Below are positions 10,852-22,348 of a stretch of 64,000 bases of DNA, piece by piece. Position 1 is the first letter of the stretch; each line of letters starts with the position of its first letter. A model generated the notes under the pieces. That model worked only from the letters and a program-made list of their open reading frames with translations, was not told where the DNA came from and did not search any database. Origin of the DNA: Blepharisma stoltei ATCC 30299 (taxonomy: Eukaryota; Protista; Ciliophora); NCBI GenBank assembly GCA_965603825.1, contig CBFDEM010000056.1, positions 372,001 to 436,000 of the forward strand, read 5' to 3'. The translations under genes were made by a program, and so were the position numbers.

Positions 10852-11459
10852 ATGGTTTCCACTCCTAATGAGTGTGATTATCTTTTTAAGCTAGTTTTGT
10901 TTGGAGACAGAGGGGAGGTAAAAGCTCATTGCTGACAAGATATGTTGATCAAGTATTTAATGAAGGATGCACTTCAATTTTGGTAGATTTTCGAATAAAA
11001 ACAATTGAACTAGACAAGCAAATCTTTAATCTTCAAATCTGGGAAGCAGATTCTCGCTGACACCCTCTCAATAAAGCATACTTAACACATGCAGTAGGAA
11101 TAATTTTAGTTTATGATTGCACTTCTGAAGAGTCCTTTAAAAATCTGAAATTTTGAAATGATTTAATAAATGAGTACCCTCATAAATGTTTAACAAAAGT
11201 TATTGTAGGAAATAAGTGTGATAGAAATGATAAGGTCATAGAAAAATCCATGGGTGAAGAATTCGCTAATGGAATCAATGCTAGATTTTTTGAAACTAGT
11301 GCAAAAGACGATATTAATGTAAATGAGGTGTTTAAACATATGCTTTGCGAGATAAAAAAATTTGTAGATTGAATTGGAGATAATGCAGGAATTATAATAA
11401 AGCAATCAAAAGTAAAAGGAACAAAAAACTTTATGCATTTAATTGATAAAAGGCAATAA
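10852..11459 (+). pseudogene. Degenerate Rab1/Rab8-like small GTPase with a 1-nt deletion in the P-loop
   Basis: DYLFKLVLFGDRG / GKSSLL frame break at about 10912-10916; VDFRIKTIELD, LQIW, GIILVYD, ESF, VIVGNKCD, FFETSAK; DTAGQE replaced by EADSRW; no C-terminal Cys; not in the ORF track. Confidence 0.8.
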
Positions 11460-11630
11460 GAGTAAATTTTAAATTCTTTCTGATCCCTTATTACAACTTC
11501 TAACTGAATTAAAGATGCTGAAATTTAATACTCACTATTAAGCAAGCATGTGCTTAATATAAATGGCATTCTAGAGCAACTTTAAAATAGATATTAATAA
11601 AGAAATTTTAAGTAATTAAGAAATTAAAAG

Positions 11631-13641
11631 CTAAAAAGTTGTGCAGCATGCATTCTTGCTTGAATTTGAGCTTGCACTTTTAGCTTTGGAGAATTTATAA
11701 GACCCAGGAACCAAAGCAAGCTGTTTTATTGTTTCATCTGGAAGTAAGTCTCTTGGAACTTTATCGCATTCAATTGCATAAATTATCTTCATAGCATCAA
11801 TGCAGCCTAATATTTCAGGTTTATTTTGATAAAACGTATTCACCTCTTTTATTGTAAAAAAACTTCTACACTTAGCAGCAATTCCATAATTTAATCAATA
11901 TTCTATTTCAGGGTCGTCTTCTATGGCGTTGATTTTATCCCTATTATTTAAGGCAGCAGTTTCTACTGTTTGTTTAATCACGCTTTCTCGTGCGCTTGGA
12001 TTTAAGCCGAGAGTGTTGATAAGCTTTATTGCGTGCTTTTTAATATTATTGATGTTTGGGATGTCAGCTTCAAAGGAATAAACACTTTTGAGCACGTTGG
12101 CGAGAATAGGGGCTAATTCTATTGCTTGGGAAAGTGCTTTATGATTAGAGTTTTGAGAATTTGAGTCATAATTTTCATCAGAACTAATAATTTCAGCCTC
12201 TTTAAGGGCACTAAAGAGTCTTTCATGTAGAGCTCCACAATATTTTCTCATTTTCGATGGACCAATTTCTATTTCAGGTATATTTTTAATTTCATTTGAG
12301 CCTGTTTCCACCTCGCTTGTATTTTGCTCCTCCACTATACCCATAGAAGACTTTAAATGGCTAATTTTTTTTTCTGTCCTTTTTTTAAATTTTTCTATAT
12401 CTTCAATGAGTTGTTGAATTTCTTGCCTCCCTTCTTCATTTGATTCATTGTTTTCTTGGCATAGAATGTTATTTACTTTTTGTGAAATTTTGGAACACCG
12501 CTTTTCAACTGCTTCAGATTTTTCATTAACCTCTTCCTGATACTCTTGATTGGTTTCTGCAGCAGCTTTAAGTTTCTCGAACTCATCTTTAAATTTAGCA
12601 GCACTTTTTTTCAGCCCAATAAATGCCTGCTGTAGTTGGTCATGGTCTTGATTTATTGTTTCGCTAACATTGACTATATTTTCTCTGTTAGTTCCTCTCT
12701 GCATATTATTGATAAGACGGTTTGCCTGCGCTACTATCGCTGTATTATAGCACCTGTTGAAATTCGCCATTTCTTCTCTTCTTTGTTCTTCCAATAGTGG
12801 ATTGCCAAGTCCCTGTAGTGTCATAGTTATAGCTAAATTTATTGCATCCATACGCCTGCCTAACTGTCTGAGTGAAAAAAGTTTTCTATTCCATGCATCA
12901 ATATGATCCCGCTTAAGCATAATTACTTTATCATAGCAACTCATTGCTTCTTCATGTCTGGATAAGTCAGTCAGAATAGTGCCCTTATAATAGTGCGCAT
13001 CTAAATCATTAGGATTATATTTGACTGCTTCATCAAAGCATTCAATTGCTTCAAGTTTTTTCCCAAAAGAATCTAAAATTACAGCTTTCATATAATAAGC
13101 TCTACTAGTATCAGGCTTTAGTTTGACTGCTTCATTATAGCATTCAACTGCTTCAGGCAGTCTTTCAAGCCCGAAAAGCGCATTTCCCTTCATAAAGTGA
13201 GCTTCTCCGAGATCAGGCTTTAGCTTGACAGCTTCATTGGCGCATTCTAATGCCTCAAGATATTTTTTTAATTTGATAAATGCAGAAGACTTAGCAATAT
13301 AAGCATGTGGAAAATCAGGCTTAAGTTTCAAGGCTTTATTACTAAACTCTATTGCTTCTAGTTCTCTGCCCATATCATTGAGAGTGTTCCCTTTATTATG
13401 GTAATAAATTGCACAGTCAGGTTCCAGTCTTATGGCCTCATCATAATATTTTAATGCTTCAGGTGATTTACTGAGCTTGTGCAGAGCGTTGCCTTTATTA
13501 TTGAGGGCGCTGGCATAGTCAGGCTTAAGTTTTAATGCTTTTTCGTAGCAGTCTAGTGCTTTTTTGGGGGTCACCTTGTTCCAAAAAGCCATTGCCCTTA
13601 AGTTTCCAATGTTCATGATCTTTAGAGTTGTTTTGACCCAT
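11631..13641 (-). CDS. TPR-repeat protein, paralogue A (TPRs + coiled coil + conserved C-terminal domain, ends CCTTF); one extra base near the 5' end
   Basis: ATG 13641 MGQNNSKDHEHWKLKGN aligns with the paralogue B N-terminus; +1 shift at C5A6 (13560-13570); TGA 11895-11897 aligns with TGG in paralogue B. Confidence 0.8.
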
Positions 13642-14264
13642 ATGCCTTGATTGTTCTATAATTATTAAAATATAATAGATTCCCATTAAATTAAGTTACG
13701 TTTTTAGTGGTAACTCTAAGTATTCTAATGTTCTATAAAATCTATTAAAATGGTGAATTAATCTCAAGACTTTGAAATAAAAATGGAGCCTTTAGGGTTA
13801 AACTAATTTTTGACTATTTTGAGTGGTCATTTGCTTTCATATTGATATAATATTGAACGGGCTACTTCTTGCTCATAAAGTTTCTTTCTTATTTACTCTA
13901 AGCTTAATTAAGAATATTAATCCAAAAGTCAAAACTATGACGTCTTATTAAGAGTATTATCTTTATGCAGTATTATATCAATTTCGGATATTGATTTCGC
14001 AACTAATCGTATTCCTTAATTTTATTGCTTTCTATAGCCATTACCTATGAAATTCGAATCATCAAATATAAATATCTAAATTACTTTCGCTAAACTATGA
14101 ATTTTCTAATTTGGCAAAACAAGAAAACATTATATTTTAACAAAATTTACTTTTGACGTTCTGCAAATGCTGCTTTAACTAATATCAATCAAAGATTTAT
14201 TAATTAACATGTTCAAAATATCAATAAATTTAAGAGTTATTATTATCAACATTTTTATCAAAAG

Positions 14265-17200
14265 TTATTCAAGACTTATCATTAAGTTCGCTAATGTCTC
14301 AATATCAAGTTCATACACATTGTGCCCAAGCTGCTCTAGCTCAATACTATAATTAATTACTTTATAGTATGGCAAATTTGTACTAATGCTCAAGTGTTTA
14401 AGTAAGCCTGGCTTGTTTAGCAGGAAATGCTTATATTCTAAATTCTTTATTAAGAAAGCATTACAAGCACAAGATCGCTTTTTCTTTTGTTCAGTAATGG
14501 TTCTTGCTTTAGAGAAATCATAGGAAGCAGATGTTAAAACCAGAATACTAACAGTTTCCTCTGAAGATAAATCTTTTGCAAATTCATTGTGCTGGATTGT
14601 GTATAATATTTTTAAAGCATCAATGCAGCCTAAAATTTGATGATTGCTTTGATAGAGGTTATCTTCTATATTTACCATAAAAAAGTCTTTGCATTTAGCA
14701 ATCAATCCTTTATTTATCCAAAGATTTACCTCAGGATTATGCTCGACATCGCAAATTTTGATTCTATTTCGTAAAGTAGAAGTTTCTGCTGTTCTTTTAA
14801 TAACATTTTCTCGCGCATCAGGATTTAAGCCTAAAGTATTTATTAGCTTTACAGCATGCTTTTTGATATAATGCGCTGATATTACTTCTGCAGCTTTAGA
14901 AAAAACGTTGCTAAGCATGCTTCCTATCATTGGAGTTAATTGTAATGCTTGGGAAAAGGCTGAAATTTTATAATTTTGTGTATCTATGGCAAGATTCCCA
15001 CTATTGCAGATGATTTCAGCCTCCTTTAGAGAATTATGTAGCCTGTTATATAAGGCTTCATAATATTTTTTAAGTACATTAGGGCTTCTTTCAATCTCAG
15101 AGCAGACTTTCAAAGCATAAGGCTCTACTTCTTCCCGATTAACTTTTTCTTGATCTACTTTCTGGATCAAAGATCTGAGATAACTAATTTCTTCTTCAGT
15201 AGATATTTTAAATTTATTCATATCATTTGTTAAATTTTGTATTTCTGAGTTCGACTCATTATTATTATTTGAATTTAAGCAGTCCACTGCTCTTTCAACA
15301 ATTTGCGAATGTTGGGCTTTAATTATTTTATACTGTTCATCAATTTCTCTTTTTAAATCTGGATTTTCAGAAACCTCATCTTTGAGCTTCTCGAATTCCT
15401 CCTTAAATTCAATAGCGCTTTCCTGCAAAGTTGTAAGTTTTTTAAGTAATTCAATGCGGTCTTGATCTAATGTTTTGTTAATCCAGTCAATATTTTCATT
15501 GGAAAGTTTTTTATTCCTGCGATTTATGTGCACCTCTTTCATCAAATTATAAGCTATATTGAAATCTTGTAAGGCTTCCGCTTCTTGATTCAAGCTATTA
15601 AAAACTTTAGCTCGATCACAATAGTATAAAGGATTAGCTGGATCAATCGTGATTGCAGTCGTAAGATTTTCGATTGCTTCTTGCTTTTTACCTAAGTCGT
15701 AAAGAGAGACTGCTTTGTTGCAGTAAGACCCGGAGTCTTCAGGATTAATGCTAATGGCCTTGTTATAGCACTCTATTGCCTCCTCTTTCTTCCCTAAATG
15801 ACTTAGTGAATAGCCTTTATTACAGTAGGCACTAGAATAATCAGGCTTGATCTCGATTGCTTTATTATAACACTCTATTGCTTTCTCATGTCTAGATAGA
15901 TCATTAAGAGTTTTTCCTTTATTATAGTAAGCGTCATAGTTTTTGGGCTCAAGTTCTATTATTTTATCATAGCACTCTATTGCTTCAAGTTTCCTATCTA
16001 ACTCGCAAAGAATATTACCTTTATTACAATAGGCGGAGACGTAATCATGCTTTAGTGCTATTGCTTTATTATAACAATCTAGTGCTTCTTCGTATTTGTT
16101 TAAACAATCAAGAGCATATCCTTTATTGTAGTAAGACATAGGATTATTAGGTTCGAGCTTAATTGTTTTATCATAGCAATCGATGGCCTCAAGTTTTCTT
16201 TCTAGATTACTAAGAGCAAACCCTTTATTACAGTGAGCATTAATATAATCAGGGTTAAGTTCTATCGCTTTATTGCAGCACTCTAATGCTTCCTCATATT
16301 TGCATAGAAAATTGAGAGCATTTCCCTTACTTGAGTATGGGATAGGGTTATTAGGCTCCAGCTGGATAGCTTTACTATAGCAATCTATTGCCTCAAGTTT
16401 CCTATCTAAACTGCTTAGAGCATTTCCTTTATTTAGGTAAGCATTAGCATTATCATCTTTAAGGTCTATTGCTTTATTGTAGCATTCTATTGCTTCCTCA
16501 TATTTGCATGAATCATTAAATGCATTTCCTTTATTATAGTATGGGATAGGGTTATTAGGCTCCAGTTGGATTGCTTTACTATAACAATCTATGGCCTCGA
16601 GTTTTTTATCTAAACTATTTAGAGCATTTCCTTTATTCAGGTAAGTATTAGCATTACCATGTTTGAGGTTTATCGCTTTATTGTAGCATTCTATTGCTTC
16701 CTCATATTTGCATAAATCTTTAAGTGCATTTCCTTTATTATAGTATGGGATAGGGTTATTAGGCTCCAGTTGGATAGCTTTACTATAGCAATCTATGGCC
16801 TCGAGTTTTTTATCTAACTCATAAAGATTGTTTCCTTTTTTACAGTATGCAGCATAATTAGGAGCAATTTCTATTGATTTGCTATAACTATCAATCGCCT
16901 CAATTTTTCTTCCTAAGCTATCAAGTATATTTCCTTTATTAAAGTAAGCGTCTGCATTATTCTGTCTAAATGCTAATACTTTATCGCAGCAAATTAATGC
17001 CTCTTCATATCTGCATAGGTCACTTAGAGCATTTCCTTTATTAAAGTAAGCGGAATAATTATTAGGTTCAAATTTTATAGCTTCATCGTAGCATTTGATT
17101 GCTTCAACTTTACTTCCTAAGTTATAAAGAGCATTTCCTTTATTATAGTAGACTGAAGCGCTATTAGGTTTAAGTAATATAGCTTCATTATAGCAGATTA

Positions 17201-17588
17201 TTGCTTCTTCGTACTTTACTAAATCATAGAGAACGTTACCTTTGCTACAGTATGTAACATAATCGGGATTAAATTTTATAGATTCGTTATAGCATTTTAT
17301 TGCTTCAAGTTTTCTGCCTAAGTCTCTAAGAGCGTTGCCTTTAGTCGAAAAAGCTTCAGAATAATCGGGTTTGATTCTTATTGCTTCATTGCAAGATTCA
17401 ATGGCCTCCTCATATCTGCCTAAGCTGTTAAGAGCATTACTTTTATTATTATAAGCTAAGGCAACATCAGGTTTTATTTTTATTGCTTCATTATAGTGTG
17501 CAACAGCTTCTTCTAACATTTCTTCTTCATATCGTCTATTACCTTCATTTATCCAATACACATGATCTTTAATTGGTTCTTCCGACAT
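14265..17588 (-). CDS. TPR-repeat protein, paralogue B (about 20 TPRs + coiled coil + C-terminal domain)
   Basis: 1107-aa ORF with repeated EAIxCYxKAI..P....Y.NKGNAL; C-terminal region homologous to paralogue A (KKHAxKLINTLGLNPxARE, ILGCIDA). Confidence 0.9.
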   Translation of the reverse strand: MSEEPIKDHVYWINEGNRRYEEEMLEEAVAHYNEAIKIKPDVALAYNNKSNALNSLGRYEEAIESCNEAIRIKPDYSEAFSTKGNALRDLGRKLEAIKCYNESIKFNPDYVTYCSKGNVLYDLVKYEEAIICYNEAILLKPNSASVYYNKGNALYNLGSKVEAIKCYDEAIKFEPNNYSAYFNKGNALSDLCRYEEALICCDKVLAFRQNNADAYFNKGNILDSLGRKIEAIDSYSKSIEIAPNYAAYCKKGNNLYELDKKLEAIDCYSKAIQLEPNNPIPYYNKGNALKDLCKYEEAIECYNKAINLKHGNANTYLNKGNALNSLDKKLEAIDCYSKAIQLEPNNPIPYYNKGNAFNDSCKYEEAIECYNKAIDLKDDNANAYLNKGNALSSLDRKLEAIDCYSKAIQLEPNNPIPYSSKGNALNFLCKYEEALECCNKAIELNPDYINAHCNKGFALSNLERKLEAIDCYDKTIKLEPNNPMSYYNKGYALDCLNKYEEALDCYNKAIALKHDYVSAYCNKGNILCELDRKLEAIECYDKIIELEPKNYDAYYNKGKTLNDLSRHEKAIECYNKAIEIKPDYSSAYCNKGYSLSHLGKKEEAIECYNKAISINPEDSGSYCNKAVSLYDLGKKQEAIENLTTAITIDPANPLYYCDRAKVFNSLNQEAEALQDFNIAYNLMKEVHINRRNKKLSNENIDWINKTLDQDRIELLKKLTTLQESAIEFKEEFEKLKDEVSENPDLKREIDEQYKIIKAQHSQIVERAVDCLNSNNNNESNSEIQNLTNDMNKFKISTEEEISYLRSLIQKVDQEKVNREEVEPYALKVCSEIERSPNVLKKYYEALYNRLHNSLKEAEIICNSGNLAIDTQNYKISAFSQALQLTPMIGSMLSNVFSKAAEVISAHYIKKHAVKLINTLGLNPDARENVIKRTAETSTLRNRIKICDVEHNPEVNLWINKGLIAKCKDFFMVNIEDNLYQSNHQILGCIDALKILYTIQHNEFAKDLSSEETVSILVLTSASYDFSKARTITEQKKKRSCACNAFLIKNLEYKHFLLNKPGLLKHLSISTNLPYYKVINYSIELEQLGHNVYELDIETLANLMISLE
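16200..16820 (-). repeat. Near-identical 204-nt tandem repeat (two TPRs per unit) inside paralogue B
   Basis: tatgggatagggttattaggctcca recurs at 16336, 16540 and 16744. Confidence 0.85.
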
Positions 17589-18089
17589 TATTTATTCTAT
17601 AATTTTTACTATTAAAATTAATTTTTAGGTAAATTAATATTTAAAGAAGAAAAAATTTTAAATATTCAGATTAATAATTTTTTCGAAGTTGGGTCATTAT
17701 TAATCCTAATTTTATAATTACTATATAAATAATTAAACAAGAAAGAATAATATCACTAACAAATAATTAATTTAAAATAAGAAGAATAGTTTATAAGCTT
17801 AGAATACCTATCTTAAAAAGTAGAAGAAATGTAGCAATCGAAGGATCATAGCATTTTTACGTATAAGGATCTCAAGCTAAAATATTCAGGAGCATTTTGC
17901 ATTACTTTATTTTATAGGTGGTGAAGCATTTAAGATTCATATTTCCAGAATATAGCTAAATTCTGATAAGCCATAATAATTATTAATAAAGCTTAAAAAA
18001 TTAGTTTTTATGGCAGAATATGGATATATATTATTTAAAAGCCTTGATATTTAATTCACATTAAATTCTGAGCTCAAAATAATTATAAA

Positions 18090-19073
18090 ATGGCAGAACT
18101 AAGGGTTGGTGGAAAATATATTTTAGGTCGAAAAATAGGGAAAGGGTCATTTGGCGATATTTATTTAGGATGCAATACCCAAACTCATGAGGAAGTCGCA
18201 ATTAAATTAGAAAACATTCGATCAAGGCATCCTCAGCTCTTATTTGAATCAAAAATATACAGAATATTGCAAGGAGGAATAGGCATTCCAACAATCTATT
18301 GGTTTGGGATTGAAGGCGAATACAACGTATTGGTGATGGATCTTTTGGGACCTTCACTAGAAGATCTTTTTTCCTTCTGCAATCGAAGATTTTCGCTCAA
18401 AACAGTCTTAATTTTAGCTGAGCAAATGATATCTCGAATTGAGTTTGTCCATGCGAAAAATTTTTTACATCGAGATATCAAGCCAGATAATTTTTTGATT
18501 GGGCTCGGAAGAAAAGCTAATCAAGCTTATTTGATTGATTTTGGATTAGCTAAGAGATATCGAGATCCTCGGACACAGCAGCATATTCCATATAAAGAAG
18601 GAAAAAATCTTACAGGTACTGCAAGGTACGCATCTTTAAATACTCATCTTGGTATTGAACAATCAAGAAGAGATGATTTAGAAGGATTAGGATACGTTTT
18701 TGTTTATTTTTTACAAGGAACTCTGCCTTGGCAAGGCCTTCAAGCTTTAACAAAAAAAGAAAAATACGAAAAAATAATGATAAGTAAAATGTCGACAAGC
18801 ATTGAAACTATGTGTAAAGGGCTGCCTAACGAGTTTTTTATTTTTTTGAATTACTGTCGTGGGCTAAGATTTGAAGATAGGCCAGACTACTCATATTTAA
18901 AGCACTTGTTTAAAGAATTATCATTAAAAGAAAGCTATCAGAATGATTTTATTTTTGATTGGACTATATTAAATTCCGCAAAAAATATAGTGAAAGAAGA
19001 AGAAAAGAAAAAAATTAGCGAGATAGAAAAAAAATCAAACGGTATAAATTGGCGGATAACCCAAGCTTCTTAA
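18090..19073 (+). CDS. Casein kinase I (CK1 delta/epsilon-like)
   Basis: [55 protein letters not shown]. Confidence 0.96.
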   Translation: MAELRVGGKYILGRKIGKGSFGDIYLGCNTQTHEEVAIKLENIRSRHPQLLFESKIYRILQGGIGIPTIYWFGIEGEYNVLVMDLLGPSLEDLFSFCNRRFSLKTVLILAEQMISRIEFVHAKNFLHRDIKPDNFLIGLGRKANQAYLIDFGLAKRYRDPRTQQHIPYKEGKNLTGTARYASLNTHLGIEQSRRDDLEGLGYVFVYFLQGTLPWQGLQALTKKEKYEKIMISKMSTSIETMCKGLPNEFFIFLNYCRGLRFEDRPDYSYLKHLFKELSLKESYQNDFIFDWTILNSAKNIVKEEEKKKISEIEKKSNGINWRITQAS

Positions 19074-19234
19074 TTAATAAGAAGATTAATCAATTTATTA
19101 AATAATTGATAATGAGAAATTAAGAAGAAATTTTAAACTAGTGAATTATAAATGTGATGCATAATCAAACTCAAGTGATTCGATTAAGGATTTTAAATAA
19201 GTGAAATTATAAAATTTTGATATTAAATTTCGAT

Positions 19235-19663
19235 TTAATTCATACCATCTCCTCTCACATCTCGGATTCCTTTGAACCCAGTTTGGCTTTTATTACTGCT
19301 ATTTCTAGAGTTGTCCCTGCTACTTCCAGAGCTGCTTTGTTCAGATGGAGGTGCGTTTTGATTGCTTAAACTCGCATCTTGTGAATTTTTATTATAAAGT
19401 CACAGCAGTCCAGCTAGAATTAGACCCCACTTAATCCCAAACATAACCCCAGTTCCCACAATAACCAAAGGTCATATCATTTCCATCTCATATCCTCCCA
19501 ACTGAATATTCTGTGACAAGCTCCCTAGTCTTCCATTTGTGCTCGGAAACAATTGAGAGTTTCCTCTTCCAAATGCACTAGCACTTTGCTGCCTAGAGCT
19601 CGTATTATTTCTACTGCCAGGAGCATCATCAGGCACTATTTGTCCATTAACTATTTTTACCAT
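19235..19663 (-). CDS. FAM241/DUF4605-like small membrane protein (142 aa, two TGA=Trp)
   Basis: MVKIVNGQIVPDD N-terminus plus hydrophobic hairpin W-PLVIVGTGVMFGIKWGLILAGLL-W after reading through TGA; TAA at 19235-19237. Confidence 0.7.
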
Positions 19664-19665
19664 TA

Positions 19666-20424
19666 TTATCTATTAGCTTCTCTGTTCCACGCTTCAATCA
19701 TGGCTCTACGCTCTTCACTTGTCCTAACTGGAGGCAACTTTTCAGGTGTCCTGCTTCTATGTCGTCTGCCATCAGGGCTTTCTTTGTCATGCTTTCTCTT
19801 TTTTTCTTCTTTAAGCCTTTGTATTCTTCTTTCTTTATACTCTGGGTGCTCGTAATACATCTGATGTTGGAGGCTTTTTTTAAAGGACCTTGATATATGT
19901 TTTAAATGCATAAAATTGCAGTACCCGCCTCTATCACAGTTTCCTTCATCATATTGGCGACATCTGGATTCTTTAAAATCAGTCACAGGCGAAAATTCTG
20001 TTGAAATCACCCTGCCAGCGTAATATCTACCATTCAGATTTCTCGCAGCAATTTCTGCTTCTTCTTCTGAGGCAAATTTCGCATAGACATTGCCGATAAG
20101 ATGATCTCCCATGTTGTCACATACGCTGAGTTCTAATAATTCTCCATAATTTGACAGCTCAAATCAAACTTCTTCGTAAAAATCTTCGAAATGCCTTATA
20201 GACTCTCGAATAGCTTTTTCTGGCACTTTTGTGCCTTCAAACATAGCCAAAGCGACTGCTGGATTCTCATACATGTGAGGCATAAGGATAGTTTGGGAGC
20301 AAAGAGGCTTGTTATGAAGACGGGTGCAGCGGTCGCCATGCCTGCACGCGCCAATTTTGAAATAGAAAGGACAGTTGACTTTATCTTCTTCAGTTCCGTA
20401 GATTCGGCTTAGACGGCTTGCCAT
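19666..20424 (-). CDS. U2AF1: Splicing factor U2AF small subunit (CCCH-UHM-CCCH)
   Basis: GTEEDKVNCPFYFKIGACRHGDRC, VCDNMGDHLIGNVY, SPVTDF, CNFMH; two ORFs joined by TGA 20164-20166. Confidence 0.95.
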
Positions 20425-20493
20425 ATATTTTTATTGAAATCTTAAAATTTACACAGCAACCCTTGGTTGTATAAAATATTATAAACTCTCATA

Positions 20494-21567
20494 ATGAATT
20501 TTGTAAGGCTTGGAAAATTAGAAAGAAAAGTGCAAAAGCTCTGCTTAAAGCTGCACCAAGGACTGTTTGATATGGTAACTGATAATTAGCAAGATGACAG
20601 CGACGAAAGCATGATGAGTGTTGGAGAGGTAAAAGAAATCCATCCCTTAGAAGCTATGGCTCATGTAACAGAAGCAATTAAAGAATTGTTAGTGCTCAAG
20701 AGGAGTTTAAAAACTTTCAAAGAGAATGAAAATTTTGAAACAACTAAGAACTACCAAAAGGCACTCCAAAAATTAGAAGCTGAAGTGAGAGAGCACTTCA
20801 AAATCGAAAGCCAACTGAAATTATATATTGATAGCACAAAACAAAAAATAGAAGATAATAAAAAATTGCTAGACAGAGGTGCAGATGAATTAGATAAAGA
20901 AAAAGAGATACTTATGAAAGAATTAGCCACCCTAGATGAGGAAGTTTCTTTAGCAAAAAAAGCGATTGTATTGCAAGATACATTAGACCAAGGCGAAATT
21001 TTAAAAGAGCCAGAGTCTGAAGATGTGAGCAGTCCGGAATCAGAAAAAGCTTTAAAAATTGTCGCAAAAAATAAAAGTTTGGAAATCGAGATTAAAAAGC
21101 TTCGCGAACAAATTAAAGAGCAAGAATGAGAAAACAAAGAAATTCTTCGACAAAAAAATGAAGCGAAAAAAGCTTTAGAGAAGTATAGGTCTGGACAGTA
21201 TAACCCAGAGCTGTCCATAGCTGAGTTTTATAAGCTGAAATTTGAAGAAAAATGCTTGGAATCCATAGAGCTTCAAAGAAAAATAAAGGACATCCAATCT
21301 GAAAATAAAAAGCTTCTCTCCTATGAAGTTCGTGTAAATCCCCATAAGAATTCTTCAAGATCCCATTCTCCGATGGACGCAGAAGTTTCCGCAACTGATC
21401 GCCAGCGAAGTATTTCTCCTTTAATTGCAACTAAAAATAACCTTTCACAATCCCACAAAAGGATTCCACGCAACACTTCAGTTGAAAAAAGGAGAAGAAC
21501 TCCATCAGCAGAAAGAAGAACTCAGCAGTCCTATATCACCAATTATAAAACTAATAGAGCTTTATAA
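20494..21567 (+). CDS. Hypothetical coiled-coil protein (one intron, one TGA)
   Basis: ATG 20494, 15-nt intron 20575-20589, TGA 21127-21129, single frame to TAA. Confidence 0.7.
20575..20589 (+). other. 15-nt spliceosomal intron
   Basis: GTAACTGATAATTAG, A at position 10, in-frame TAG. Confidence 0.75.
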
Positions 21568-21583
21568 TTTTCCCCATAATTAA

Positions 21584-22156
21584 ATGAAAGCTAATTCTTT
21601 TATAATTTATGACAAGAACTCAAAAAGGCTAACATTCAGTGAAACGCTAAAAACAAGAACATTGCGGAGCATGACAAGTAAAAATAAAAGAGAAGTCAAT
21701 AAGAGCTATGATATGAAATTTTTTGAGCTTAATGAAAAGTTATGCAAAGTAATGAGCAATTCTAATTCTGCAAGATGCTCGCCTGAGAATATTTTGCAGA
21801 GAAAAAAAAGTACCTCGACCGAGATGCCTAACATTACATTAAAAATCGTACCGAAAAAGCAAATTATGCCATTTGAATATGATCCGATTCCTTCTCCTCT
21901 TAGATGAAAGCAAAGATATCCTCAAAAATCTAGAACTATAACAATTAGTATTCCTAATCGACACAAGCCAAAAACCCCTTCCACAGAGCCTACGAAATCT
22001 CAGAACCATTCCAAAATAAATTATATTCCTTACTTGCCTTTAATCAACCAAATAATTGATCCGCCCTCAAAGCCAATTATCAGACAATTATCAAGAGAAG
22101 ATCCGTTAATTTCTTCATGGGAGCATTTTACACCGAGAGACTCTGGAGTATTATAA
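21584..22156 (+). CDS. Hypothetical basic protein (190 aa)
   Basis: Track ORF extends past TGA 21905-21907 to TAA 22154-22156. Confidence 0.65.
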
Positions 22157-22348
22157 TTATTCGCAGTTTAATTATTTATAAAACTAAAATGGACAATGCC
22201 TCTTTATTGTTAAAGCTTCAACTCCAAAAATTAAGATATATTTTTTGAAAAGTCTTATTGCTTAATATTGTTAATATTTTATTTATATTCAAAGCCATTA
22301 ATCAGATGCATTCTGTTAGACTATTATATCTAAAATATGTCAGCTGCT

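Noticed and set aside
16200-16820. Regularly spaced repeats resembling a CRISPR array
   Set aside because: The 204-nt period is a multiple of three and encodes TPR pairs; there are no unique spacers and the context is eukaryotic
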